This document shows, in pieces, positions 47,271 to 57,703 of a DNA stretch of 64,000 nucleotides. The notes under the pieces are model-generated. The model made no database searches, had not been told where the DNA came from, and saw nothing but the letters and a program-made list of their open reading frames with translations. Source of the DNA: an uncultured delta proteobacterium. GTDB lineage: Bacteria > Desulfobacterota > Binatia > DP-6. The stretch lies in NCBI GenBank assembly GCA_963815115.1, contig CAWFFN010000005.1:512001-576000 (forward strand), read 5' to 3'. Numbering within the stretch: position 1 is the stretch's first letter; the number at the start of each line of letters is the position of its first letter. The position numbers and the translations under genes are program-made.

Positions 47271-48137
47271 TCAGCTCGCGAGGAACTCGAGCAGCGTGCG
47301 GTTCACCGCCTCGGGCTGCTCCTGGTGCAGGAAGTGGCCCGCGCGCGGCACGATCTCGACGCGCAGGCCGCGCGGGAAGTACGCGTCCATGCCGGCGGCC
47401 AGCTCGGGGCCGATGCAGCCGTCGTCGGCGCCGTGGAAGTAGAGCGCCGGAACGTCGATCGGCGCCGCCATCGCCTGCAGCATGCCGTCGAGCTGCCCCG
47501 GGTCGTCGAACACCGGCCGCATGGTGTGGCGATAGTAGCCGAGCGCCGCCTGCAGGGTGCCGGGCCGGCCCAGCGTCTCCTTCACGGCGTCGAGGGTCGA
47601 CGGCGGCGCCTGCCAGCCCGGCGACCAGTCGCGATAGAGATGCTCGACCATCGCGAAGCCGTCGCGCGCCAGCGCCTCGTCGCCGAGCGCGTGCTGGAAG
47701 AGCAGCATGTACCAGCTTCGCCGCTGCTGGACGTAGCTCTCGCGCAGCGCACGGAAGAAGCTCGGGCCGTACGGGACGGCGAGCGTGACGATCTTCCGCA
47801 TGCGGCGCGAGGCCAGCAGCGCCCCGAAGTACGTCGCCGCCGCGCCCCAGTCGTGGCCGATGACCACGGCGTCCTCGCCCAGCGCGTCGAGCAGCGCGGC
47901 GACGTCCTCGCCCAGCGCCATGGCGTCGAAGCGCCCGTCGGCGGGCTGCGAGGTGGGTGCGTAGCCGCGCATGAACGGCGCGACGACGCGGAAGCCGGCC
48001 GAGACGAGCGCCGGTGTCTGGTGGCGCCACGAGCGGGCGTCGTCGGGGAAGCCGTGGAGGCAGAGCACGAGCGGGCCCGAACCCTCCTCGAGGGCGTGGA
48101 AGGTCACATTCGGGGTCCGGATCGTACGCTCGGTCAT
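47271..48137 (-). CDS. Alpha/beta hydrolase (epoxide hydrolase-like)
   Basis: LHGFPD, GHDWGA, GHFLHQEQP. Confidence 0.92.
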   Translation of the reverse strand: MTERTIRTPNVTFHALEEGSGPLVLCLHGFPDDARSWRHQTPALVSAGFRVVAPFMRGYAPTSQPADGRFDAMALGEDVAALLDALGEDAVVIGHDWGAAATYFGALLASRRMRKIVTLAVPYGPSFFRALRESYVQQRRSWYMLLFQHALGDEALARDGFAMVEHLYRDWSPGWQAPPSTLDAVKETLGRPGTLQAALGYYRHTMRPVFDDPGQLDGMLQAMAAPIDVPALYFHGADDGCIGPELAAGMDAYFPRGLRVEIVPRAGHFLHQEQPEAVNRTLLEFLAS

Positions 48138-48228
48138 GCCGGCTCCTTAGCAGCCGCGCGCTGCCAGGCGAAGCCGCCGGCGCGCGTAGGCGGCGCGGGG
48201 CGCGCGTCGGCAGCGCTACCCCGCTACA

Positions 48229-48479
48229 GAGGCCGGGCACCGGGCTCGCCGTCACCTCGGCCTCGAGCCCGCGGCTGGTCACGCGCCGGGCGTTCAGGAC
48301 GACGAATCCGTGAAGCCGGCGCGCTCGATGTTCTGGTAGTCGCTCACGCGGATCCGGTAGAGCGTCAGCGCGGCGGCCAGCCGCCCGTCGAGCCACGCGG
48401 CCCGCGCGCCGATCTCGTCGGTCCAGTTGAACGCCCGCTGGAAGCGCGCCGCCGCGGGGTCGTCGGTGAGATACGACGC
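48229..48479 (-). pseudogene. Internal fragment of a TonB-dependent receptor barrel
   Basis: SYLTDDP..FNWTDEIGARAAWLDGRL..LYRIRVSDYQ, frameshift, then FVVLNARRVTSRGLEAEVTASPVPGL. Confidence 0.65.
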
Positions 48480-48620
48480 GCATCAAGGACGCGATCGCGC
48501 GGCTCCAGCCGGTGCATCCGCCGCTGGCGGAGCACCTGCGGGCCTGCGTGACCACGGGGCACTTCTGCGCCTACCGGCCGGCGCGACCCACGTCGCCGTG
48601 GGAGTGCTGACCGCGTCCGG

Positions 48621-49022
48621 CTAGCGGATCACCTGCACGCTTCTGGAATCCGCGATTCGGCGGTCGCTCGTGACCAGCGGCGCGCCATGGTGCAGGGCGG
48701 TGGCCACGATGAGCATGTCGGCCGGATCTCGCAGGACGGCGAGGCGCGCCGCGCTCGCGATGACGGGAACGCTCAGCGGGACGACATCGAGCCCCGCGAT
48801 CGACATGGCCTGCTCCAACCACGCCTCCAGCGGCACCGGCAGGCGCAGGCGCGCGCCCTCGACCAGCAGCGCCACCTCCCATGCCGAGATGACCGACAAC
48901 AGCAGCGATTCGCCCCCTCGCCTGCGGGCGCGATCGATGGCCGACCGTTGTCTCCGAGAGAGCTTCTCGGGCTTGCTGGCCCACCACACCCAGGCATGGG
49001 TATCGAGCACCAGCGCGCTCAC
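48621..49022 (-). CDS. vapC: VapC PIN-domain toxin
   Basis: LVLDTHAWVWW, SVISAWEV, RDPADMLIVATA, LVTSD. Confidence 0.9.
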   Translation of the reverse strand: MSALVLDTHAWVWWASKPEKLSRRQRSAIDRARRRGGESLLLSVISAWEVALLVEGARLRLPVPLEAWLEQAMSIAGLDVVPLSVPVIASAARLAVLRDPADMLIVATALHHGAPLVTSDRRIADSRSVQVIR

Positions 49023-49258
49023 CGTCGATTGGCCTCCCAGACGACGCCGGTATCGAAGTCCTCCACGCGATCGCCCCCGATCACCGTCCCCCGCAGCCGC
49101 CCGAGCGCGTCGTCGCGCGGGAGCTCGTCCAGCGGGACCACCCGCGCGATGGGCTTGCCGCGTTTCGTGATGACGAGCTCGCGGCGCCGGCGCGCCACCT
49201 CGTCCACGAGCCGGAGGCAGTGCGCCTTGAGCTCGGAGATCGCCACCGTTCTTGCCAT
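49019..49258 (-). CDS. Phd/YefM family antitoxin
   Basis: VAISELKAHCLRLVDEV, VITKRGKPIARVVP. Confidence 0.9.
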   Translation of the reverse strand: MARTVAISELKAHCLRLVDEVARRRRELVITKRGKPIARVVPLDELPRDDALGRLRGTVIGGDRVEDFDTGVVWEANRR

Positions 49259-49655
49259 GGGCCATCTGTGACTGTCCATTGGTCAAGTGTCAATGGTCAC
49301 TTCGTCGGCGTGCGGCCTGAGGAAGGACAAGGCCACGGGCGTGTGCTTCACGACGCCCCTCGTCGCGCGAACTGGTCTGGCAGGCTGCACGGTCGAGTTC
49401 GGCCATTCGGCCTCGATCGATCACCTCGCCCTGGTCCTCTCGCGCGTCATCCATGGACGACTCGAACGCAGCACTCTCATGCAGTGTCCAAACGGCGCAC
49501 TGCGACGTCATCGCCGCAACGATGCGAGATGAACTGCGACGAAAGGGGGGCTTGCGCCGTGCTAAGGCGGAATGCAACAAGGCGCGCGCCCGAAGAAGGC
49601 TCGACAGGTCGCTACGCAGCGTGCGGGTCCGGCGGCCTGAGCAGCACCGCCTGCA

Positions 49656-52600
49656 ATGCGGCAACTCAGAAAGACAGAAACGATCCTCGGCCTCGCCCAC
49701 CTGCTCCTGTGCGTGGCTGGCCTGAACGGCGTTGCCGCCGCCGCCACGGTTCCGATCGGTCCCCCGACCGGCCTCTCCGACCCTCTCCCGGCACCGCTGC
49801 GCACCCGCTGGGTCGACCGCTGCGGTCGCGGCACCGCCGGCACCTGCGGCTCGGTGACGTGTGCCGACGGCGGGGCCTGCACCGACCAGAACGCCCCCTG
49901 CTGCACGCTGCACTACGCCGCCGGTCGGACCGACGTCAGGGCAGGCGACCGCATCTACGTGCGCGCCGGTGCAGACGAATCGGACGTCTACAACGAGCTC
50001 GACCGCGAGAACGGCAAGTGGGGCTATGCGACCCTCGCCCCGTTCGTGAAAGGTACGGCGCGCTGCGCCGGCGGCACCCGGTCGGGCTGGGGCTGTACCT
50101 CGGACGCCGGCTGTCCCGGCTCGACCTGCGCCTACAACCCCGTGGCGCTCGTCGCCTATCCCGAGGCGGACGGCTCCCGGGCGGCGATCGACCCGGGTGA
50201 CACGACGCCGCCGAACACCGGTGGCACGAATTGCTGGGGAGGATCGGTCGGGCACTACGCCGGCGTGGACTTCAACATCTCGACGTGCGGCTCGACGATC
50301 GGGAACGATCGCACCGAGTGCTACGGCGGCTCGCAGGAGGGCAAGCCGTGCTCGAGCCTCGCCGACTGCGCCGGCGGCGTCGCCTGCGCGGCGGCCCCCT
50401 GGTACTGGATCGTCGACGGCTTCACGTTCAGCAACTGGACCTACTACGACGCCGATCCCACCCACACGAACCACACCGCCTACTGCACCCACAAGCCGTT
50501 CCAGGTGGGCTACGATCACGGTTGCCCGGTCACCGTGTCGATCACGCTGCAGAACTCGACCTTCACGCACAACGCGGGCGGCGGCCTGATCTGGTCGCGC
50601 GGCGGCGCCGGCAACCGCTGGCTGCACAACTCCGTCTACGGCAACCACAGCCACGGCTACACGACGGCGCTGAATCACTGGGAGGCCCAGGACACCAAGC
50701 GCAATCGCACCACCTACATGTGGAACAACGTGATCCACGACAACGGGGACACGCCGCCGCCGTTCTGCATGGCGCAGGCCTGTCGAGATGCCGGCTCGCA
50801 TCCGACGTTCACCTGTCTCGACGGCGACAACAAAGGGCAGCCGTGCCGAGGCGAGTCCGATTGTCCCGTCGGACACTGCGGACCCATCTGCTACACCGAC
50901 CCCTTCCACAACTCGGGAAGCGCCAGCCAGGGCTACGACTGCCCGTGCCAGAACGACGACCAGTGCGCGTCGGGACTCACCTGCCAGGCGATCGGCGGCG
51001 GACTCGCGGGCTGCCCGGCCAACGAGTGCGACTGCACGGCGTCGACGGAAGGGCGCGGCATCATCGTCGATCGGGGCGGTTCGTCCTCGAGCGTCGACAT
51101 CCGCAACAACGTGATCTACGGCAACGAGGGCGATTGCATCTCGCTCTTCCTGAGCGACGCGCACGGCGTGATCGCCAACAACACCTGCTTCCACAACGCG
51201 AAGAAGAACGGCACCTACGCCGAGCTGTGGTACGCCGGCAACTACTCCAACGTCTGGAACAACCTCTTCGTGCCGACGGTGCAGGCGGCCTGCGACGGCA
51301 ACGGCATCGAGCACGGGACGGGCGGACACGCCTGCACCCACTACCTCCGCAACGACGTCAGCGACTGCGGCGGCGGCACGGTGTCGCTCGGCTGCAACCC
51401 CACGGGCGTCCAGTACTACGACGGCGGCGGTCTCTGGACCTGGGGCGAGCCGTCGCTCCCCGGAACCAACTTCGAGGGCAACAACCTCGTCTTCTGGAAC
51501 AGCAACACGACCTACGGCACGATCGCCGATCCCCCGACGTTCTTCTTCGGCACCGGGGCCAAGGGGACCCTCGCCGGCTTGCTGTCCTATGGAACCAACA
51601 CCGGCCTCACGCGGGGGAGGGGCGACATCGGCGCCGACCCGCTCTTCCTGAGCACGAACCCGAGCGATCCCCGGTTCCTGCGCATCCCCGCCAACTCGCC
51701 GGCCGCCGGCGCGGGCAATTCGACGTTCGCCCCCACCTTCGACGTCACCGGGGTCGCGCGGCCCAACCCGCCGGCGATCGGGGCGTTCGAGCCGACCGCT
51801 GCCACGGTCTCCACGACGACCGTGCCGACGACCACACGCCCTGCCACCACCGTGCCGACGACGACGCGTCCCCCGACCACCGTGGTGACCACCTCCACCA
51901 CGCTCGCCACCACGACCACCACGCCCACGTCGCCCACGACGACCACCACGACGCCGGCGGGAAGCGGTGCACCGCCGGTCAACTGGGGCAACGACCCGAG
52001 CACCGTCGCCTTCTGGACCTTCGAGGGCGGCAGCATGAAGAACGTCTCGACGTCGACGCGGTACTGCAACCCGGCCAGCCAGGCGAACCTGAGCGTCTAC
52101 AACGGCACGCCGGCCTTCGACACCACGAACCGCCGCGAAGGCGGGTCGTCGTTCGCGTTCGACGGGAGCACCACGCTTGCCTCCTCCGCGAACTGTCTCC
52201 GGCAGAACGGTCCCAGCCGCTGGACGCTCACGCTCTGGGCGCGCAGCACGTCGAGCAACGCGCCGTACCCGATGCTGGTCTTCAACCGCAACGAATCGGG
52301 CGTCCGGTCCGGTTTCTACGTCACCTACGTCGCCGCCAACGGCCAGACGTACGCCTGCCTGGACGCCAACAGCGTGGATACCTGCAGCACGCTGGTCAAC
52401 AACGTCTTCAAACCGGACGGCTCGTGGCACTTCTCCGCCACGCAATACACCGGCACACAGCTCAACTATGCGCTCGATGGCGCGGCGTTCTCCAAGCCGG
52501 TGACCGTCGGGTTCACCCCCAACACCGGCACGTATCCCTTCCAGCTCTCCCACGTCGTGGCCCCGGGCACGACCACCGGCGTGATCGGCAACGAGGACGA

Positions 52601-53579
52601 GGTGTGGTGGAGCGACGCGGTGCTGACCCAGCAGCAGCTGTGCCGCGTGCGCTCGGTCGGCGTGCAGGGCAACCTGGGCTGGTGCAACGGGAGCGCGTGG
52701 GCGACCTGCAACACCGACGCGGACTGCGGCGGGCGGACCGGCGCGTGCAACCAGAGCTTCCCGGCGGGCGGCAAGCGCGGCACGTGCGTCGGCAATCTCC
52801 TGACCGCGGCCCAGGGAGGTCCGAGCGGGTGCAACACCGCCACCGTGGCGACGCTGGGCAACTGCGATGCGGTGCTGACCGCCGGCAGCGGCCCGACGAC
52901 CACCTCGACCACCGTGGTCACGACCACGACCAGGCCCGCGACCACGACCACCGCGACCACGGTGGTGACGACGACGACCAGGGTGACCACGACGACCAGG
53001 CTCACCACCAGCACGACGGCGACCACCACGACGAGCACGACCGCTGCCGGCTCGCGTCCGGACCTCGGCCTCGATCCGTCCAGGTTCCTGACCCGGTACC
53101 AGGTGCAGGACGTCCTGGCCCCCGTCTACCAGGTGCTCCCGACGACCTCTGGCCCCTCGCCGTTCAACGACGCGAACACGCCGCTGATCCTCCCCTGCGG
53201 GATCCAGAACCTCGACACGCAGGTCCTGGTCTCCTCGGCCCCGGGCGGGCCGCCAGCGTACCCGCAGGTCGTCGTGCGCCTCTACAGCAGCGCGGGCGCG
53301 CCCGTCACGAGCTCGCAGAACGGCTCGACGATCAGCCAGGTCGTGGCCAACCTCGCCCGGCTCGGCCCGGGGACCTCCGCGGTGGGTGAGGTGACGGCCA
53401 TCAGCTCGCTCGACTCGTCCGGCGAGCTCGTCTTCGAGCCCGGGGACCTACCGAGGAACCGGGCGTTCCGGATGGAGATCACGGTCACGCCCTTCGCCGA
53501 TGCGCAGTTCAGCCAGCCCGTCACGGACCCGAATGCCGGCAACGACGTGATCAACTTCTGGCTGATGCGAGCCTGCTGA
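49656..53579 (+). CDS. Large secreted protein: right-handed beta-helix with Cys-rich inserts, Thr-rich linkers, LamG-like domain
   Basis: Signal peptide, AGDRIYVRAG, NNVIHDN/NNVIYGN/NNTCFHN, DPLF..SPAAGAG..D.TG..R..IGAFE, AFWTFE..WHF..DEVWW. Confidence 0.85.
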   Translation: MRQLRKTETILGLAHLLLCVAGLNGVAAAATVPIGPPTGLSDPLPAPLRTRWVDRCGRGTAGTCGSVTCADGGACTDQNAPCCTLHYAAGRTDVRAGDRIYVRAGADESDVYNELDRENGKWGYATLAPFVKGTARCAGGTRSGWGCTSDAGCPGSTCAYNPVALVAYPEADGSRAAIDPGDTTPPNTGGTNCWGGSVGHYAGVDFNISTCGSTIGNDRTECYGGSQEGKPCSSLADCAGGVACAAAPWYWIVDGFTFSNWTYYDADPTHTNHTAYCTHKPFQVGYDHGCPVTVSITLQNSTFTHNAGGGLIWSRGGAGNRWLHNSVYGNHSHGYTTALNHWEAQDTKRNRTTYMWNNVIHDNGDTPPPFCMAQACRDAGSHPTFTCLDGDNKGQPCRGESDCPVGHCGPICYTDPFHNSGSASQGYDCPCQNDDQCASGLTCQAIGGGLAGCPANECDCTASTEGRGIIVDRGGSSSSVDIRNNVIYGNEGDCISLFLSDAHGVIANNTCFHNAKKNGTYAELWYAGNYSNVWNNLFVPTVQAACDGNGIEHGTGGHACTHYLRNDVSDCGGGTVSLGCNPTGVQYYDGGGLWTWGEPSLPGTNFEGNNLVFWNSNTTYGTIADPPTFFFGTGAKGTLAGLLSYGTNTGLTRGRGDIGADPLFLSTNPSDPRFLRIPANSPAAGAGNSTFAPTFDVTGVARPNPPAIGAFEPTAATVSTTTVPTTTRPATTVPTTTRPPTTVVTTSTTLATTTTTPTSPTTTTTTPAGSGAPPVNWGNDPSTVAFWTFEGGSMKNVSTSTRYCNPASQANLSVYNGTPAFDTTNRREGGSSFAFDGSTTLASSANCLRQNGPSRWTLTLWARSTSSNAPYPMLVFNRNESGVRSGFYVTYVAANGQTYACLDANSVDTCSTLVNNVFKPDGSWHFSATQYTGTQLNYALDGAAFSKPVTVGFTPNTGTYPFQLSHVVAPGTTTGVIGNEDEVWWSDAVLTQQQLCRVRSVGVQGNLGWCNGSAWATCNTDADCGGRTGACNQSFPAGGKRGTCVGNLLTAAQGGPSGCNTATVATLGNCDAVLTAGSGPTTTSTTVVTTTTRPATTTTATTVVTTTTRVTTTTRLTTSTTATTTTSTTAAGSRPDLGLDPSRFLTRYQVQDVLAPVYQVLPTTSGPSPFNDANTPLILPCGIQNLDTQVLVSSAPGGPPAYPQVVVRLYSSAGAPVTSSQNGSTISQVVANLARLGPGTSAVGEVTAISSLDSSGELVFEPGDLPRNRAFRMEITVTPFADAQFSQPVTDPNAGNDVINFWLMRAC

Positions 53580-53758
53580 GCGGCGTCCGCGGCGGCCGGA
53601 GCACTCACGCCGGCGCACCCGTCAGGCCCGGGCGGAGAACACTCGCCGGAAAGCCGCGCGGGCAGCGGCAAGGTCGCGTCGAGACAGACGTCCGAACGTC
53701 TTTGTCGACGAGCTCTCCATCCACACACGTCTCCGAGGACGGATCGGGAGCAGACGGT

Positions 53759-54268
53759 TCAGATGTTGTACTCGATGAGCGGGCCCTTCGGCCGCCGGCG
53801 CTCGAGCCAGCGGCGCAGCCGGGGCACCGCGAGGCCCAGCCGGTTCTCGACCAGGTAGACGAGCGCGAGGAGTCCCGTGCCGAGCGCCGACGGGAAGATC
53901 GATCCGACGCGGCGAGCCGGGTCCGTGAAGACCATCTGCACGGCCACGAAGAACAGGAAGAAGCCGAAGATTCGCCGCATGAGCGGCACCGGGATGCGTG
54001 CCACCACGAGCGCGCCGGCATACGCCCCGAAGACGAATCCGGCGCAGATGAGCCCGACGGCTCCGAACTGGATGTAGCCGCGCCGCCAGTACTCGAGGGC
54101 CGCGAAGATTCCGATCGGCGGAATCAGGACGGCGAGCGACGTTCCGGCGGCCTGCTGCGGCGTCATCCCGTAGAGATAGATGAGCGCCGGCACGAGGAAG
54201 ATGCCGCCACCGAGTCCGAGCACGCCGCTCAGCACGCCCACGACGAGCCCGAGCATCACCAGTGTCAT
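53759..54268 (-). CDS. TauE/SafE family membrane protein (half-size)
   Basis: GVLSGVLGLGGGIFLVPAL, QQAAGTSL. Confidence 0.85.
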   Translation of the reverse strand: MTLVMLGLVVGVLSGVLGLGGGIFLVPALIYLYGMTPQQAAGTSLAVLIPPIGIFAALEYWRRGYIQFGAVGLICAGFVFGAYAGALVVARIPVPLMRRIFGFFLFFVAVQMVFTDPARRVGSIFPSALGTGLLALVYLVENRLGLAVPRLRRWLERRRPKGPLIEYNI

Positions 54269-54279
54269 CGTCGATCCTC

Positions 54280-55224
54280 TCAGTCCTCGCCGAAGAAGCG
54301 CCGGCGCGCCGTCTCGTCGCAGGGACTCTCCGGGCCGCTGCTCGGCACGTCGATCGCACGGGTCGGATCCGTGGCCAGCAGCGGCAAGGCACGGTTCCTG
54401 CGCTCGTCGGCCTCCCGGCCCATGTCCATGAAGAGCTGTGCGAACCAGCCGTCGGCGCGATGGACGATCTCGTACGTCCGGTCGTGCTCGGCCGCGTACG
54501 CATGGCCCGCCGCGTCCCAATCGTCGTGCGCACCAAGCGCGTCGCGGAGGACGCGGGCGCCTCGTAGCGCCATCGACATGCCCTGACCCCAGGTCGGGTC
54601 GCTCGTCGCCGCCGCGTCGCCGAGGAGCGCGACGCCGTCTCGATAGGGATGCTCGACCCACGAATCGGCTCCCTCGAACGTGGCCAGCGGCCCGGCCATC
54701 CGTGCCGTGGCGAGGGCGGCGCGCGGAATGCCGATGTCCTCCGCCTCGGATCTGAAGCGCGGGAACGACGATTCTCCCTGGAGCCGCGCGACGCCCGCGG
54801 CCGCGTTCCATCCCACGTAGCAGCGCGCGCGCCGCGCGCGTTGCGGAAACACGTAGGCGATGCGACCGCGCGGCGGCGCTGCGGCGTCGATGCAGATGCG
54901 CTGCAGGTCCGGATGATAGAACGCGAGCCAGTTGCGGCCCGGCAGGGTCGTCGCCGCGAACGGGCGCTCGGCGACCTGCATGCCGACGATGAAGAGCCGC
55001 CACGCCTGCAGCTCGTCGGCGAACGCGGGGCTCAACGCGTCGAGGAGGCCGAGCGCGGCCAGCTCGGCGACGCCCCAGGGCGCGAGCGCCTCACCGCGCA
55101 CCCGGTCCCGGAACTCGCGCTCGCGCTCGACGACGAGGACGCGCGCGCCGCCTTCGGCCATTGCCTTCGCCAGAGCGGAGGCGGCAATTCCGCCCCCCAC
55201 CATGACGACGTCGTAGCGTTCCAC
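54280..55224 (-). pseudogene. FAD-dependent monooxygenase with probable in-frame internal deletion
   Basis: VGGGIAA, DRVRGE, LLGDAA..DP..GQGMS present; GADG motif region missing. Confidence 0.7.
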
Positions 55225-55280
55225 GTGGCGCTCCTACCGCGGAGCGTGGCGGCGTGCCACCCCGGCGCGCGACGTGACTG

Positions 55281-55625
55281 CTACGTGACCAGCGGCTCCA
55301 GGCGAGCCAGGACATCCCGGACGACCGCGTCCGGCGCTCTTGCGGCCAGCGAGGCGTTGCGGGCTCGCCAGTCGAGTGACCGAACCTGATCCACGAGCAC
55401 GGCGCCCGATACCGCGAGGCCAGGCGGCAACGGAACCTCGAACGGGTAGCCCTTCGTGTGGCTCGTGATGGGGCAGAACAGCGCCAGACTGCTGGCCCGG
55501 TTGTAGGTCAGCGGGGAGATCACCAGGGCCGGACGCCACCCCGCTTGCTCGTGCCCCGACCGCGGATCGAAGCTCATCTTCACGATGTCGCCCCGATCGG
55601 GAACGAACGCCGCGCGTTGCGTCAC
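55281..55625 (-). CDS. mazF: MazF/PemK endoribonuclease toxin
   Basis: PDRGDIV..FDPRSGHEQAGWRPALVISP, CPITS..KGYPFEV, DQVRSLDW. Confidence 0.93.
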   Translation of the reverse strand: MTQRAAFVPDRGDIVKMSFDPRSGHEQAGWRPALVISPLTYNRASSLALFCPITSHTKGYPFEVPLPPGLAVSGAVLVDQVRSLDWRARNASLAARAPDAVVRDVLARLEPLVT

Positions 55626-55870
55626 CAGACCTCGCGACCCCGGGGCCGGCCCCAGTCGATCGGAGCGGGACGGTTCGCCCGGGTGATCCGGGAGACGAGA
55701 CGAGCCAGCGCGTAGCGCTTGCGGCGCGGCTGCTCGGGGGTGAGGACGAGCGCCTCTCCCTCCTGGCGAACCTCGACTTCGCTCCCCTCGGCGATCGAGC
55801 ATGCGGCGGCGAGATCGGCGGGAATTCGGACGGCGAGGCTGTTGCCCCATCGCTGCACGCGTCTACGCAT
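55622..55870 (-). CDS. mazE: MazE (AbrB-fold) antitoxin
   Basis: VQRWGNSLAVRIP, IDWGRPRGREVW; GTGA overlap with mazF. Confidence 0.92.
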   Translation of the reverse strand: MRRRVQRWGNSLAVRIPADLAAACSIAEGSEVEVRQEGEALVLTPEQPRRKRYALARLVSRITRANRPAPIDWGRPRGREVW

Positions 55871-55883
55871 CGCTCGGCTCCTC

Positions 55884-55907
55884 ACGTAGCTACAACGGAT
55901 ATACATG
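55884..55907 (-). promoter_or_regulatory. Putative mazEF operator
   Basis: AT-rich GTAGCTAC-aac-GGATATAC boxes just upstream of mazE. Confidence 0.5.
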
Positions 55908-56055
55908 GCGTTCCCGCGACGTTGCAACTGGCAGAGAACCGTTGGGGTGCACGGAGCTCGCCGACGCCGAGCGCTGCAACGACGTGGGGCGGGCGCGGGA
56001 GGAGATCGACGCGCTGCAGCGGCAGCAGCGGCCGCGCCGTGAGGCGCGACTGGTG

Positions 56056-56469
56056 TCACGCGGCCGGCACGAAGTAGTGCAGGCCGACCGTGTCCGACAG
56101 CCGGGCGACGCGGGCCTCCACTGCGAGCCCGAGCCGCAGGGCGCGCGGCTCCATCCCGCGTACGGCGGTGACGAGTCGCGGGCCCTCGTCCAGCTCGACC
56201 ACGACGACGGCGTACGGCAGGTCCTCCGAGAACGCCGGCACCAGCGCCTGGTGGGTGACGGTCCAGGTGTAGACGACCCCCCGCCCGGAGACCGGACGCC
56301 ACTGCCAGCGGTCGCCGGCGCAGGCGCCGCACAGGATGCGCGGAGGATGGCGCCATCGGCCGCAGGCGTCGCAGCGCTGCAGGCGGAGCTCGCCGGCGGC
56401 GAGATGCGCGTAGAACTCGGCGGTGAGGCCGTCCGGGCTCGGGGTGATGCGGGGCGCGAACTCGCTCAT
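56056..56469 (-). CDS. Zn-ribbon OB-fold protein (DUF35)
   Basis: [36 protein letters not shown]. Confidence 0.9.
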   Translation of the reverse strand: MSEFAPRITPSPDGLTAEFYAHLAAGELRLQRCDACGRWRHPPRILCGACAGDRWQWRPVSGRGVVYTWTVTHQALVPAFSEDLPYAVVVVELDEGPRLVTAVRGMEPRALRLGLAVEARVARLSDTVGLHYFVPAA

Positions 56470-57643
56470 CGATCGCTCCGCAGGATGGCGAGGCTGCCGT
56501 CGCCGAAGTCGCCCCATCCGGTGACGAGGCCGAGCCGCGCGCCCGGCACCTGGGCCGCACCTGCCTGGCCGCGGAGCTGTCGCGTCGCCTCGATCAGGTG
56601 GTTCATGCCCCACATGTGTCCCTGCGAGAGCAGGCCGCCGTGCGTGTTCAGCGGGTGGCGGCCGCCGAGCTCGATGGCGCCGTCGCGCACGAAGGCGGCG
56701 GACTCGCCGGGAGCGCACAGCCCGAGGGCCTCGAGCTGGAGCAGGACGACGTAGGTGAAGCAGTCGTACACCTGCAGGAAGTCGACGTCGTGCGGTCGGA
56801 TGCCGGCCATCGCGAACGCCTTCGGCGCGGCGGTGTGCAGGCCGATGCGGAAGAGGTCGGCGCGGCTCGGGATGTCGTCGGCCGGACTGGGATGGCCCTC
56901 GGCGGCAGCCATGAGAACCACCGGCGGGTGGCGCAGGTCGCGCGCGCGCTCCAGGCTGGTGATCACGACGGCGTTGGCGCAGTCGGTCTCGAGCGAGCAG
57001 TCGTAGAGCCGGAACGGCTCGGACACCCAGCGCGCGCCGAGATACTGCTCCATGGTGAGCGGCTTGCCGCGCATGAGCGCGCGCGGGTTCAGCTGGGCGT
57101 GCTTGCGGCAGGCGAGGGCGACCGCTCCCGTCGCCTCGTCGGGGATGCCGTACGTCAGCTTGTGCCTGGTCGCGATCCACGCGTACATCTGGACGGGCAG
57201 CATCGCGCCGTACGGGAGATAGAGGTCCAGCACGACGTCGGCGAGCGTCGTGGCGGTGAGCCCGTGCTTGGGGACCCGCGCCCCGGGCTTCGGGCGAAAC
57301 GCGGAGTAGCCATTCCAGCCCACCACGACCAGGACGGTGGTGGCCAGTCCGGCCTCGATGGCCATGGCGGCGCTCTGCAGCGCCGCGACGGGGCTCGCGC
57401 CGCCCATGTGCACGGTCACCGAGAAGTGCAGGTCGCGCACGCCGAGATTGGCCGCGAGCTCCTCGGCGGTGGTGTAGCCCGGGGGGGAAGGATGGCGTCG
57501 ATGTCGGAGAGCTCGAGCCCGGCGTCGGCGACCGCTTCCCGCGCCACGCGCAGCATCATCTCGACCGGCAGCTCGTCGGCTCCGCGGACGTAGTCGGTCT
57601 CGGCGATGCCGACGACCGCGGTGCGCTCCGCGAAACCGGACAT
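56466..57643 (-). CDS. SCP2-type thiolase-like protein (Ltp2-like), frameshift in G7 run 57481-57487
   Basis: TAVVGIAET in one frame; [32 protein letters not shown] in another. Confidence 0.85.
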
Positions 57644-57703
57644 CGGCGCGATATGCCGTGACCCGGGGGTCGACGGCAAGCCGACGGCCGCTGGAGGAGA
57701 CGA

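Noticed and set aside
48600-56050. VapBC and MazEF as former integron cassettes
   Set aside because: No RYYYAAC..GTTRRRY hairpins found flanking either module
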